Shown here piece after piece: positions 16,456-26,461 of a stretch of 42,115 bases of DNA (position 1 is the first letter of the stretch; every line of letters begins with the position of its first letter). Location of the stretch: contig JAWBKB010000011.1 of assembly GCA_038831915.1 (NCBI GenBank), positions 8,696 through 50,810 on the forward strand, in the 5' to 3' direction. The DNA is from Candidatus Caldarchaeum sp. (GTDB lineage: Archaea > Thermoproteota > Nitrososphaeria_A > Caldarchaeales > Caldarchaeaceae). The notes below the pieces were generated by a model. That model was not told the DNA's origin and ran no database searches. It saw only the letters and a list, made by a program, of their open reading frames with translations. Position numbers and translations under genes: made by a program.

Positions 16456-18870
16456 TTATTTTGTGTGAACGATTATTGTTGAACCTTTAGCTGTAGCCGT
16501 TACTTCGTAAACTGTGTCGGCGGCTTCTATGAGTTCTCGGTCGTGTGAAACAACGATCACTTGTGGGATGATTCGTTTTCCTCCTGCGAAGTTTTTGAGA
16601 ACATTTACCAGTTCTCTTCGTCTTTCCGTGTCAAGGTGGATGGTTGGTTCGTCCATGATTATTGATTCGAGTTTTTCGCCTGCGAGAGAGGAGGCGATTG
16701 CCAGCCTGAGCAATATTGCGACGACGATTTTCTCCCCGCCGCTGAGGGTCTCGATTGATTGTTCTCCGTTGGGCCCGTACACAGTTACGTTGAAGTCTTC
16801 GTCGATGCGGATGTCGTCGAACCTCAGTTCAAAATGTTGGAGAAAGACGCGGGCGACTTGTTCCACCGTAACGCTGGCTTGTTTACGAATAATTTTCTGC
16901 AGCAGCCCGTCTTTATGGAATACTTCACGTATCCGCTCAAGGGAGTTGACGTATGTGCTTAGTTTGTCGTATTCCTGCCGCAGCTTCTCCAGTGTTTCCA
17001 TCTCTTTTTCCAAGTTTTTCACAGATTCTTCGATGGCGTTCACAGCAGCCAACAAAGCACCATACAGCCCTTCCAGTCTCTTCTCCTCGTCACGCAGTTT
17101 TTCATACAGCGCCTCGGCCTTGTCAAGTAAGCCCTGGTCGAAAAAGAGTTCTTTCTTACGGTTCTCCAGCAGTTGTTTCTCCTCAGTCATCTTCTGGATT
17201 TCGGTTGATAGTGATTCCGCTTGCTGAGACAAGTTTCTGACATAGGTTTTTGCCAGTGTGATGTCGCGTAGCCCATGTTTCTCCACCAAAGCCACCGCTC
17301 TGATGAATGTATCATGGTTTGGCTTCAGTGTTTCTAGGACGCGGTTATTTTCGCGGATTTTGTCCTGAATCGCGGTTCTTCTCTGCTCGAGCACTTGAAG
17401 CTCTCCGACCTGCGAAGACAGTTTCGCTATTTGAGCAGCTAATTCGTCTCTCCTTCTTTGGTAATTTTTGACATCGTCTGGTCTGATTTTCTCCAGCTCG
17501 TTCAAAGTGTTCATAAGTAGCTCAAGCCGTGCTTTCGTGGCTTGGATTTCCTGTTCAACTTTTTTCCTGCGCCGGTTAATCAATATCTGGGTGTAAACGG
17601 GCAGTATGTTGATTAGCAGTGGAACGGGGCTCTGCAGGAAGAAAGCCAAGATAATTGATGCGATGGGTATGCTGGTTAGCAGTGCAGCTGATAACGCCGT
17701 ATAGCGAGTGGTTTGGTGTGAAAGTTTCTCAACTGTCTGCTGCTGCCTCGTTATATCTGTTTGCAGCCGGCTTACGAGGGCCGACCACCTATCGGTTATG
17801 ATGTCCTCCGAGACGCTGACGTTAGTCCTACGCTGAAAATCTGAGAGAAACGCTTTGACCTGTTTGTCAACATACTCGGCCTCGACTTTCTTTCTTTCCA
17901 ATTCATCTGAAAGCGGTTTTTTCTTTTCTATCTGCTCCTCGACTGATTTTAACTCGTCATACAGCTTCTTGACCTCCGACTCGATGGAACGGTATTCCCG
18001 ATAGTCCGCTTGGCACGTATCGATGTCTTGAATCGCTTTTGTCAGCTCCGTGATTTTTTCGCTGACCAACTTGAGCTCGCTCTTCCGGCTCTGCAAATCT
18101 GCGGAAATTGTGATAATATTCCTGGTAAGTTCTTCGTCTATGCGTTTCTTTTCGCGGAGCATCTCCAGCTCACGTCTCTTCCCGGTAAGCTGTTCGGATA
18201 TTTCTCGCCTTTTCGATTCGATCTCGCTGAGCTCGTGTTTTTTTGTTTCGAGTTCTTGTTTTTTCTGCTGTAGCTGTGTTTTGATTTCGTCGGCTTTTCT
18301 GAGCTTGAATTCATAGTTGGTCAGCTCGTTCCGTAGCGTCGATAATGGGTCTTTCAAAGCTTCCCAGAGTTTTTCCAGCTCGTCTATTCCGAGAAGATGG
18401 CCGATGATTTTCTTTCTTTCGGCTGGCCGTTCTTCGATTAGCTGGGCCAGCTGACCCTGTCTTACGTAAATGGCGTTCATGAAAACCTTGCTGTCGACGC
18501 CGATTAGCTTAGCTATTTCTGGAATGATTGTTTTCTCTCCTGAGCCTGGCTTGACGAGCGGGTATCCGCTGCTTATGTCTCGTAGGTTGCCTATACTTGG
18601 CTTTCCCGGTGAAAGACTCCATTCCACTTCATAGTTTTTGCCTCGGACGGAGAAAACCACGGCAACTTTCGATTGTGGCTGGCCTCTCCGTATTAGGTTC
18701 GCGTCAACACCTCTTCCATGTTCGCGGAAAAGCGAATAGGTAACCGCGTCGAGTATCGATGTTTTCCCCGCACCATTCTGCCCAACGATGACCGTCACGC
18801 CGAGCGGAAAATCCACTGAAGCATCCTGGTAAGAGACGAAATTTCTCATGCTGACTTTTTGGATTATCAT
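16456..18870 (-). CDS. rad50: DNA double-strand break repair ATPase Rad50 (SMC family), without a zinc hook
   Basis: Walker A GQNGAGKTS, Q-loop YVRQGQ, long coiled coils, signature LSGGE, Walker B IIMDEPT, SHD; coupled to mre11. Confidence 0.92.
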   Translation of the reverse strand: MIIQKVSMRNFVSYQDASVDFPLGVTVIVGQNGAGKTSILDAVTYSLFREHGRGVDANLIRRGQPQSKVAVVFSVRGKNYEVEWSLSPGKPSIGNLRDISSGYPLVKPGSGEKTIIPEIAKLIGVDSKVFMNAIYVRQGQLAQLIEERPAERKKIIGHLLGIDELEKLWEALKDPLSTLRNELTNYEFKLRKADEIKTQLQQKKQELETKKHELSEIESKRREISEQLTGKRRELEMLREKKRIDEELTRNIITISADLQSRKSELKLVSEKITELTKAIQDIDTCQADYREYRSIESEVKKLYDELKSVEEQIEKKKPLSDELERKKVEAEYVDKQVKAFLSDFQRRTNVSVSEDIITDRWSALVSRLQTDITRQQQTVEKLSHQTTRYTALSAALLTSIPIASIILAFFLQSPVPLLINILPVYTQILINRRRKKVEQEIQATKARLELLMNTLNELEKIRPDDVKNYQRRRDELAAQIAKLSSQVGELQVLEQRRTAIQDKIRENNRVLETLKPNHDTFIRAVALVEKHGLRDITLAKTYVRNLSQQAESLSTEIQKMTEEKQLLENRKKELFFDQGLLDKAEALYEKLRDEEKRLEGLYGALLAAVNAIEESVKNLEKEMETLEKLRQEYDKLSTYVNSLERIREVFHKDGLLQKIIRKQASVTVEQVARVFLQHFELRFDDIRIDEDFNVTVYGPNGEQSIETLSGGEKIVVAILLRLAIASSLAGEKLESIIMDEPTIHLDTERRRELVNVLKNFAGGKRIIPQVIVVSHDRELIEAADTVYEVTATAKGSTIIVHTK

Positions 18871-20000
18871 TTCCTAGCTCTTTTCAGGATGTATTCTTTT
18901 AGTGCTTGTTCGCCTTCGTTGTGGAAGATTTTATAAATGGTGACGGTAAGTTCGGTCTCCTCTTTCGAAAGCTGTGCTTGGGATATTGATTGTTTGATGA
19001 TTGCTTCGATGTCGAATGCGGGTTGTCCACGGCCCAGCAGCTGCTCGAAAGATACAACAGTTTCGGCGACCGCTCTTCTGTACCTTATTTCGAGACATCC
19101 ATGGCTTCGCAGCAAGTCGATTACTTCCCGTAGCTTCTTCGCGTCAACATCGCTGTCCTTCACATTTAGATGAACTATTGGTTTCTTGCTCTGAGAGGAA
19201 ACCCATTCAAGTATTTCGGTCAGCGGCTGCGAAAGGTGAACTTCGTAGACGGCTTGAGGCCTTACATGTTTAAGGTCGATGGGGGTCGGCTCCAGCTCAG
19301 GGCTTGTAAGGTCAACAAGGTAAAACCCTTTACCATCTTTCGTCCAGACGGGAATTTCGTCGCGGCTCAGTATTTCAATCGAGCCAGGGTAGGCGGCGAC
19401 GCCGCCTGATTTTTTCATGACTTTTCTGATGTGTTCATGTCCCAAGGCGTAGTAGTCAAAGCCAGACGGAAGACTATCAACTGACAGGTCATCCGCCGAC
19501 CCACGCAGCGGCACGTGTGTTATCAAGATTTTCCGGCCTTCAAGCCCCGATGCTTTGCGGCTCATTTCTTCAAGCGTTTGGCGTGCTCTTTCCACTGCGA
19601 CCAGAGGCGGTTTGTCAAGCCCTGCCAAAACAGTTTTAACACCGTCTTGATCAAATTCAACTACTTGCCCGTTGACATGGGTTAGCAGCCAGTCTTTGAA
19701 GAAGGCTACTGGGTTCCATTCTCCGATGCGTCTTGGGATGTCGTGGTCGCCGAGAACACAGAAAATCCTCACCCCATGCGTCGAAAGCTTTTCAAAACAT
19801 TTCTTCGCGACGTAAAGAGCTCTTATCGGCGGTCTCGGCGAATGAAACAAATCTCCCGATATCACGACTGTTTTGGCATGTTCTTCGAGTATTTTCTCCA
19901 CCGTTTCTTCGAATGATTCGTAGATGTCCTGTTCCCGTTCAGCCAACCCGTACTGGCGGTAGCCGAGATGAATGTCAGCCAAATGTGCTACAAGGGTCAA
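18867..20000 (-). CDS. mre11: Mre11 nuclease
   Basis: HLADIHLG, SGDLFH, LGDHD, ITH, YYALGHEH, AYPGS; lies between herA and rad50. Confidence 0.92.
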   Translation of the reverse strand: MTLVAHLADIHLGYRQYGLAEREQDIYESFEETVEKILEEHAKTVVISGDLFHSPRPPIRALYVAKKCFEKLSTHGVRIFCVLGDHDIPRRIGEWNPVAFFKDWLLTHVNGQVVEFDQDGVKTVLAGLDKPPLVAVERARQTLEEMSRKASGLEGRKILITHVPLRGSADDLSVDSLPSGFDYYALGHEHIRKVMKKSGGVAAYPGSIEILSRDEIPVWTKDGKGFYLVDLTSPELEPTPIDLKHVRPQAVYEVHLSQPLTEILEWVSSQSKKPIVHLNVKDSDVDAKKLREVIDLLRSHGCLEIRYRRAVAETVVSFEQLLGRGQPAFDIEAIIKQSISQAQLSKEETELTVTIYKIFHNEGEQALKEYILKRARK

Positions 20001-21619
20001 GGCGGTTCACTTCTTTCTCTGAAAACAAGCCATTCGGTTTCGTGTTTCTCGCTTTCGGCGACTTCTTTCAGCGATTCGTCGAGTAGCTGTTCGACATCGA
20101 TGTCCGCTCCCCCTTCCCGGCTTTTCCGTTTCCGGACTTTGATGATGGCGGGTATGTTGACGACTTCGCCGACCACTACAGCTTCTCCCCTCGCTAAACT
20201 CGGCAAATCCTCGAGAAGCTCATGTCCAAGCCTTTCAGACGCTTCGACAACAGCTCTCTGGTCGACGGGGTTGGTTATACGCATGATTATCTGGCTGCTG
20301 CACTGGCTGAGAACGTCGGGATGGACTTTAGAAGGCCTCTGAGTGACAAGTGTCAAAAATATTCCGAATTTACGTCCCTCCGCCGCGATTTTCTTTATGA
20401 ATCCTCCTGAATAAGTGTCGCATAACGCCGGCGGCGGAATAAACCGATGAGCTTCCTCGATGAAGACGAAGACAGGATACTTGTATCCTTGCTCGGTCGG
20501 CAGCATTTTCAACGTGAAAATCTCTTTCAAAACAAAGTACGCGATGAGGTCTGATTCTCTGTCACTCAGCCCAGACAAATCGATGACCGAAAGCGTTTTC
20601 GGCTTCAGAAAATCCCTGACGTCAAAGCTTCTATCACCGAGAATAGTCAAATCTTGAAGACGTTCCATGTAGTTTAACGCTTTAGCCGCTGAATCTTTAA
20701 GCTGCCTCGAAGCGTCAGAGGTGTCAGATGAAAGGTTTCGCAGCTCTTCGATTAATTCTGTAAAAGAGAATTCTCCTTTGCCCTTTAATTCTTTGAAAAC
20801 TTTTACGACCGCTCTTCTAATGTTGACATAGGATTTCTCCACTCCCGTGATGTAAAAAAGTTCTTCGAGCTTGAGGTCGCGGATGCTGATGGAGAAAGGC
20901 CGGATATTTCTGATGTCTGGATAGCGAGCCTTGCTTCCAGCGGGCCTAAACACATAAACTCGCTTAGAAAGCTCATACGGCCAATCATCGGAAGGCACCG
21001 AAAAACGAACGTAGTCGGCGTGCGGGTCGAGAACTATAATGGTCGCTCCTTTTTCCAAAAGCTCCTCCATCAAAACTCCGGCCAAGTAACTTTTGCCCGC
21101 CCCCGTCTGCGCAATTATGGCGAGATGTCTTCTGAAACCAGACACCGATAGACCGATGTTCACGCCGGGCCTCGTCGTCAAACTTCCAACCCAAAGCCTC
21201 TTACCCTTCCCCGAGTAAATTTCACTTAGCAGACGGTCTGGAGCGAGGTAAACTTTCGTACCCGGCGGAATAGAGTAACGGACGCGTGTGTAGCTCGCCT
21301 GCTGAACCGTTTTCAAGTCGTCGACGTAGACGATGACCTGAGCGTTTCTCCAGTGTTTGCATTCTTCGACGAGTCTCTGGGTCAGACGTGTGAGAACCTC
21401 GTAGTCAACGTCTTTTCTGAGAAGCGAGCTGTATGAAGCCACTCCACGCACCTGAGCGACGACAAGCCCGCCTTCAAACGGTGCCACAATGTATTCCCAA
21501 CGCGGAACCCTGGAAGAAACACGTGGATGCACGCTGAACACAAACGATGTTGGACTGCTTTCGCCGACAACTATGCCGACTTCCTCCAAATTCCCCATCA
21601 TGTCATAGGGAGACGACAA
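19997..21619 (-). CDS. herA: HerA bipolar DNA helicase/translocase
   Basis: N-terminal HAS-barrel-like region, RHLAIIAQTGAGKS, LDPHADY, FIEEAHRF, EGRKFG, TQRPS. Confidence 0.93.
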   Translation of the reverse strand: MSSPYDMMGNLEEVGIVVGESSPTSFVFSVHPRVSSRVPRWEYIVAPFEGGLVVAQVRGVASYSSLLRKDVDYEVLTRLTQRLVEECKHWRNAQVIVYVDDLKTVQQASYTRVRYSIPPGTKVYLAPDRLLSEIYSGKGKRLWVGSLTTRPGVNIGLSVSGFRRHLAIIAQTGAGKSYLAGVLMEELLEKGATIIVLDPHADYVRFSVPSDDWPYELSKRVYVFRPAGSKARYPDIRNIRPFSISIRDLKLEELFYITGVEKSYVNIRRAVVKVFKELKGKGEFSFTELIEELRNLSSDTSDASRQLKDSAAKALNYMERLQDLTILGDRSFDVRDFLKPKTLSVIDLSGLSDRESDLIAYFVLKEIFTLKMLPTEQGYKYPVFVFIEEAHRFIPPPALCDTYSGGFIKKIAAEGRKFGIFLTLVTQRPSKVHPDVLSQCSSQIIMRITNPVDQRAVVEASERLGHELLEDLPSLARGEAVVVGEVVNIPAIIKVRKRKSREGGADIDVEQLLDESLKEVAESEKHETEWLVFRERSEPP

Positions 21620-21658
21620 GTTTCTGCCCTGCTCTGCTACGGCCTTGACTAAAAAGTT

Positions 21659-22972
21659 TCAGCCCGGCGGCTCGGGTATCTGTCTTCTCGAAAGCTCGAC
21701 AGGCCCAAGTGCTTTGTCAACGAATTCCATCAGAATCGGTGCATCAGTCTTTCGGAGGCGGGCTCTCCGGTCAGCTTCATATAGCCAAACGTTGTAGACT
21801 TCCTTGCTTCCATACATTTCCCGCAGAGCTGAAAGTAATTTAACGAACTTTTCTCCCGTGTTGAAGAGTTGCGGGACATAGATTTCGAAGAACTTTTCGT
21901 CGGAATCCAGCGTGAAAGCTGGCAGGTCGATTTTGAGGGGATAGTCGCGGCTGTCGAACCTCACATAAGAGGAAACCACTGCAGTAACGGCTTGAAGCCT
22001 GTTCAAAACTTCGTATACTTTCGGGGCCTTATCCACCGAGAGCCGAAGCTTATTTTCCGCGAACATTTCGGGATTCCGTGTTGCGAACAGGAAAAAATCT
22101 CGCAGCCGCGAGGAAGCGCCCAAAAGCAAAGGAGCGGTATAACCTTCGTCCACGAAGCAGTTTTTCAGCAACAGCAGGTCGGGTGTCCTAAAAATCGTTT
22201 CACTGATGATCTTGAACAAATTTTCCAGCTTTCCTGCGTATTTTGTTTTGAGTTTCTCTACTGTCCTGAGAGCCTGCCGCGGGTTTCTGAAAGCAGAATA
22301 GAGAATGTTTTCGATGGTCTCCAGGTCTCTAGGCTCGATGTATCCCAATTCCTTCAACCGCCGGACTTCCTCCGCATGTTGACGCGATATTATGAAATCT
22401 CGGAGCGAAGATGATGAACTGATTTTCGCCATCGAAACAACTTTCACCTGAAAACGTTTCGCTTCGTCAAGAAAATCAGCGAGTTCTTCATAGAAGCGGA
22501 GTAATAATTCACCGTAGTCGGGGGGAGAGTTTGTTGGCGTAATCGGCGGTGTTGATAACAGGCCGTAGAGAGAGCCGTCGAGCAGCAAAAACCCGTCGCC
22601 CGAAAGTTGTTTTAGGGTTTTTCTCGCGACTTTTAGTTCGAGAGATTTCATCAGCAAGCTGGCGTATTTGAAACTGGGTGGGTAGGCGACGACGCATGTG
22701 AAATCTCTTTCCTCTATTCCACAGCCATAAGCATATGCGGAAACAAAGATTATCGAGCCTCCGTTGGCGAGACGAAACTTCATCAACCCTCCATCCACCG
22801 CAGCCACTCGGTCAAATTTTTCGCCACCACCAAAATCCGAAGAAATCCACAAGTTTCGAGAATAATTAACCAGCTCGGTCAGGAAAGGGTTATCGCCGTC
22901 GTTAACGAGCCTTGCTAATTTTTCCCCATGTTTCCGCAGCCACGAATCAAGAAGGTCTGCGACAAAAGCCAT
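21659..22972 (-). CDS. nurA: NurA 5'-3' nuclease
   Basis: AAVDGG and LLDGSL acidic motifs, SMAKIS, C-terminal YEADRRAR; first gene of the nurA-herA-mre11-rad50 operon. Confidence 0.88.
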   Translation of the reverse strand: MAFVADLLDSWLRKHGEKLARLVNDGDNPFLTELVNYSRNLWISSDFGGGEKFDRVAAVDGGLMKFRLANGGSIIFVSAYAYGCGIEERDFTCVVAYPPSFKYASLLMKSLELKVARKTLKQLSGDGFLLLDGSLYGLLSTPPITPTNSPPDYGELLLRFYEELADFLDEAKRFQVKVVSMAKISSSSSLRDFIISRQHAEEVRRLKELGYIEPRDLETIENILYSAFRNPRQALRTVEKLKTKYAGKLENLFKIISETIFRTPDLLLLKNCFVDEGYTAPLLLGASSRLRDFFLFATRNPEMFAENKLRLSVDKAPKVYEVLNRLQAVTAVVSSYVRFDSRDYPLKIDLPAFTLDSDEKFFEIYVPQLFNTGEKFVKLLSALREMYGSKEVYNVWLYEADRRARLRKTDAPILMEFVDKALGPVELSRRQIPEPPG

Positions 22973-23013
22973 CCAAACACCGACAGCAGAAACCCATTAC
23001 CGCAGAATATGTT

Positions 23014-23673
23014 TTATCCGAAAGACCGTTCTCCAGCGTCCCCAAGCCCGGGAACGATGAAACCATGCTCGTTAAGCTCCTTGTCTATAGCGACCGTGAA
23101 AATCTCAACTCTGCTGTAGCGTTCACGGACCCGCGCTATCGCCTGCATCGTCGAAATAATCGTGGCTAAAATGATTCTTTTCGGTGTTCCACGTTTTTCG
23201 ATTTCCGCCAAAACTTTGAGGATTGTCGACCCTGTTGCGAGCATCGGGTCCGCGATGATCACGACGTCTGTATTTGCTATCGCTGGGATTTTTACATAGG
23301 TTACTTCGATGTCGAAGTCTAATCCACCTCTGTAGGTTTCATCCACTCGCCTCGCGCTGACGATGCCTTGTCTCGCATTTGGGAATACTTTGAGAAGGCC
23401 TTCGGTTAAAGGCATAGCCGCCCTCAACACCGTGACCAGCACCACGTTGTCGATGTCTGGAATCTCAATTCCTTCAGCGGGCTTGTTCAGCGGCGTTATC
23501 ACCGTGCGCGGAGAAGTTTCAAACGTGCGGACGATTTCAAACCCGAGAAGCCTGCCAAGCTTTACCAAACCTTTCCGAAACTCAATCTGGCCCGTGTTTT
23601 TGTCGCGGATTTTCGTCAAAACCATCTGCGCGTAGGGATGCTCCACTACGTGAACCCTATCATCCACACCCAC
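23014..23673 (-). CDS. upp: Uracil phosphoribosyltransferase
   Basis: LTKIRDKNT..EFR, VLRAAMP, ADPMLATGST, GFIVPGLGDAGERSFG. Likely start GTG 23673/23667 downstream of a CTTATATC TATA (ORF track start 23736). Confidence 0.95.
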   Translation of the reverse strand: MGVDDRVHVVEHPYAQMVLTKIRDKNTGQIEFRKGLVKLGRLLGFEIVRTFETSPRTVITPLNKPAEGIEIPDIDNVVLVTVLRAAMPLTEGLLKVFPNARQGIVSARRVDETYRGGLDFDIEVTYVKIPAIANTDVVIIADPMLATGSTILKVLAEIEKRGTPKRIILATIISTMQAIARVRERYSRVEIFTVAIDKELNEHGFIVPGLGDAGERSFG

Positions 23674-23746
23674 TAAAACCACCGGTAGCCGATACCTGTC
23701 CTGATATAAGTGTTGCAAACCATCCCAAAACCGCAATAAACTAACG

Positions 23747-24574
23747 TTAATCCGTGAAGCTCAGCTTGTCCTCCTCTTCTTCGTATTCTTTTTCAAGTTG
23801 TTTAATGATTTCTTTGAGTCTTTCATCGCCTTCGACGAGGCTGTTGACCCTGCTTTCGAAAATGGCTGACTCTACGTAAAGCCTGTTCAGGTTCAACGGT
23901 GCTTCGATTATGGTTGATAGTTTCTCGAGGACAGCGAGGACTACCCGCGGGTTCGGTATGTTGAGGTAGCTTGGCACATGGCCCCAAATTGAGAGAGCTT
24001 CGTATCCACGCATCCCGCTGTTCTTGATGATGTAGCTATGCATCGAAGCAGGGCCGCTATAATTAGACGGCCTCAAACCATGCGCCATGCATTTCGCGTA
24101 AAGCCGCTGACTACTCGTGAGAAACGATAATCTCACAGGTTTTGTATGTGGCGTGTTGTCGACAAGACCACCAATAGTAACGATGGTTTTTGAACCAAAA
24201 GAATTCATCAACTCGAATAAAGCATTTGTGAATTCTGACCAGCCGAACGAAAGCTCGTAACCCTTCACGAGAATCAGTTCTGGAGTTCGTTTAGCAGTGT
24301 AATAAATTTCGAAAGAGGGCATTTCAAGCTCCTTGATAAACCCGCCTTCGATCGTTACAAAGGGTCTGTGGTTTGTATGGTCGATTAGGTCGCCGACATC
24401 GATGAAACCGAGGCGGACGGCGTCTTCGGCTTCTTTCAAATACGCAAGTGATAGAGTTGAAACATTTCCAGCGTCTGCCCATCCACCGAAACCTAAAACG
24501 GTCAAAGGCCTTTGCAATCCTGGTCTGTCAGACAGCTTCAGCCTGCTCAAACCGCTATCAAGTGGCTTAGGCAT
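23747..24574 (-). CDS. PAC2-family proteasome assembly chaperone-like protein
   Basis: GFGGWADAG, RPFV, TIGG...PHTKP, YSGPASM, IWGHVPSY...PNP, LEKEYE C-terminus. Confidence 0.85.
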   Translation of the reverse strand: MPKPLDSGLSRLKLSDRPGLQRPLTVLGFGGWADAGNVSTLSLAYLKEAEDAVRLGFIDVGDLIDHTNHRPFVTIEGGFIKELEMPSFEIYYTAKRTPELILVKGYELSFGWSEFTNALFELMNSFGSKTIVTIGGLVDNTPHTKPVRLSFLTSSQRLYAKCMAHGLRPSNYSGPASMHSYIIKNSGMRGYEALSIWGHVPSYLNIPNPRVVLAVLEKLSTIIEAPLNLNRLYVESAIFESRVNSLVEGDERLKEIIKQLEKEYEEEEDKLSFTD

Positions 24575-24749
24575 TTTTTAAGGACACCGCAGAACATCAA
24601 GCCACGACCACGAGGAACACAAGACGCCAACGACATGGTAGACCTATATTAGCGGGTTTAATCCAGACCAAAAGCTGTAAAAAGCCGCCGCAAGCTCTCC
24701 CACAAACACCGAGGCAGCAAATGTCTCAGCCCACGCGTGTAGTCGTCGA

Positions 24750-25097
24750 TTAATTGTCACGCTGGGTCGGGCGGATCTTTTGGAAGACGAAGGCTTTAGT
24801 TAGTTTCGGAGCCACTGTGCGAATGCTCCAGAAAGCCGTCAAGGACAATGTGATGATGCCTCCGGTGAAAACTATTTCTTCAACAAGAGACGTGATGCCA
24901 GCTGCTGGGTTCCAGCCCGTGAGAAACGGTGGGTGAAAAACCAGTTCGCCGGTTATCACGTGGTCCGCAACCAATCCAATGGCACAACCCCACATCAATA
25001 GATTGAGAAGATGAATTCGTTCTCGGAATTCATCACTTAAAACGAAGGCGAGAGATAGCAGAACAGCAACAGTCAATGGGAGGAGGAAACAGGCCAT
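24750..25097 (-). CDS. Small hypothetical membrane protein (3 TM; MACFL.P N-terminus)
   Basis: Hydrophobic ORF with LLMWG..GL..DH..GE...PPFLT. Confidence 0.7.
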   Translation of the reverse strand: MACFLLPLTVAVLLSLAFVLSDEFRERIHLLNLLMWGCAIGLVADHVITGELVFHPPFLTGWNPAAGITSLVEEIVFTGGIITLSLTAFWSIRTVAPKLTKAFVFQKIRPTQRDN

Positions 25098-25158
25098 CTT
25101 AACATCCCATAACTTCCTTGCGACGTCGTGACAAATAAGTCTCTTGGAAAAATAGAAT

Positions 25159-26436
25159 TTACATGTGTTCTACGGGGGACATTTTGTTTTGCAGGGGGTC
25201 GAAAGCTTCCGCTCTCTCCGGAATTTTCCGAGCGACTATTTTACCCCTCTTAATGACGAATAGAGGTTTTTTCTGCTGAGCTAATGCTTGAAGTTCATCA
25301 AATGCGTCAAGCACTACAAGGTCTGCGCTGGCGCCTTGTTTAACGCCGTATGTTTCGGCTATTCGCAGTGCCTTGGCGGCATTGTATGTGATCAGGCTGA
25401 ATGATTGCCGGAGTTCGGTCATGCTCATCAGCTGTCCTACGTGAACAGCCATGAAAAGCACTTGAACCATGTCTCCTCTGCCGAGTGGATACCATGGGTC
25501 CATGACACAGTCGTGTCCAAGCGCGACGTTAACACCGTTAGCTAACAATTCCTTGACACGGGTCATTCCTCTTCTTTTTGGATATGTGTCAAATCTTCCT
25601 TGAAGATGGATGTTGATTAACGGGTTTGCGATGACTGTGACGCCGGCTTTCTTTAGTATGCGGTAGAGTTTGGCGGCGTAAGCGTCGTTGTATGAATGCA
25701 TGGCTGTGCAGTGTCCGGCAGTCACTCTTCCCATATAGTTTTTACGGATGGTGTAGGACGCGACGACTTCGAGAAAACGAGATTGTTCGTCGTCTGTTTC
25801 ATCTACATGTCCGTCTATATCTCGGTCATATTTTTTGGCGAGTTTGAAGGCTTCTTCGATTGATTTGACTCCGTCTTCGCGGGTGTATTCGATGTGCGGA
25901 ATCATTCCGACATTGTCGACGCCCATTTCAACCGATTTTTCAAGCAACTCGAGGTTTTCGGGGTCTGTAAGGATGCCGTCTTGCGGAAACGCGGTTATCT
26001 GAATGTCGACTATGTCTTTGTAGATTTTTTTGACTTCGAGCAGGCCTTTGACGGTTGTGAGGGTTGGGTCTGTTACATCGGCGTGTGTCCGAACCATTAA
26101 GGTTCCGTGGGAGACCATCATCCTCAAAGCTTTTCCTGCTCTTTCAACGATGTCGGAAACCGTGAGCTTCTTTTTCCTTTCACCCCAGATTTCAATTCCT
26201 TCCAGTAAAGTGCCAGATTCGTTAAAACGCGGATCACCCATGGTCAATACCGAATCGAGATGAAAATGCATGTCGATGAAACCCGGCATCACAAGCCTTC
26301 CATCCGCGTCAATTTCTTCAACGTTGGCTTTAATGTTGGGGCCGATTTGGCTTATCACGCCGTTCTGAATTAGAATGTCGACGAGTTCGGCTCTGCCCGA
26401 TATTTTAGCCCGCTTAATCAGTAAAGAGCCGTCCAT
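25159..26436 (-). CDS. codA: Cytosine deaminase (bacterial-type amidohydrolase)
   Basis: HFHLD, NESGTLLEGI..W, RTHAD, AFPQDG, IPHIEYTREDG, HVDETDD, HLQGRFDTYPKRRG, GHDCVMDPWYPLG. Confidence 0.92.
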   Translation of the reverse strand: MDGSLLIKRAKISGRAELVDILIQNGVISQIGPNIKANVEEIDADGRLVMPGFIDMHFHLDSVLTMGDPRFNESGTLLEGIEIWGERKKKLTVSDIVERAGKALRMMVSHGTLMVRTHADVTDPTLTTVKGLLEVKKIYKDIVDIQITAFPQDGILTDPENLELLEKSVEMGVDNVGMIPHIEYTREDGVKSIEEAFKLAKKYDRDIDGHVDETDDEQSRFLEVVASYTIRKNYMGRVTAGHCTAMHSYNDAYAAKLYRILKKAGVTVIANPLINIHLQGRFDTYPKRRGMTRVKELLANGVNVALGHDCVMDPWYPLGRGDMVQVLFMAVHVGQLMSMTELRQSFSLITYNAAKALRIAETYGVKQGASADLVVLDAFDELQALAQQKKPLFVIKRGKIVARKIPERAEAFDPLQNKMSPVEHM

Positions 26437-26461
26437 GTAAAATATATGGTGGTGTTGAATA

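Noticed and set aside
16514-17227. Long antisense ORFs (237 aa here; also 1544..2110, 21869..22414, 30484..30963) and the same-strand alternate-frame ORF 27714..28331
   Set aside because: They are shadow frames lying inside well-supported genes and have no recognisable motifs.
16456-22972. Anti-phage system (HerA/SMC/nuclease types such as Wadjet, Lamassu, Sir2-HerA)
   Set aside because: Gene content matches the housekeeping archaeal nurA-herA-mre11-rad50 repair operon.
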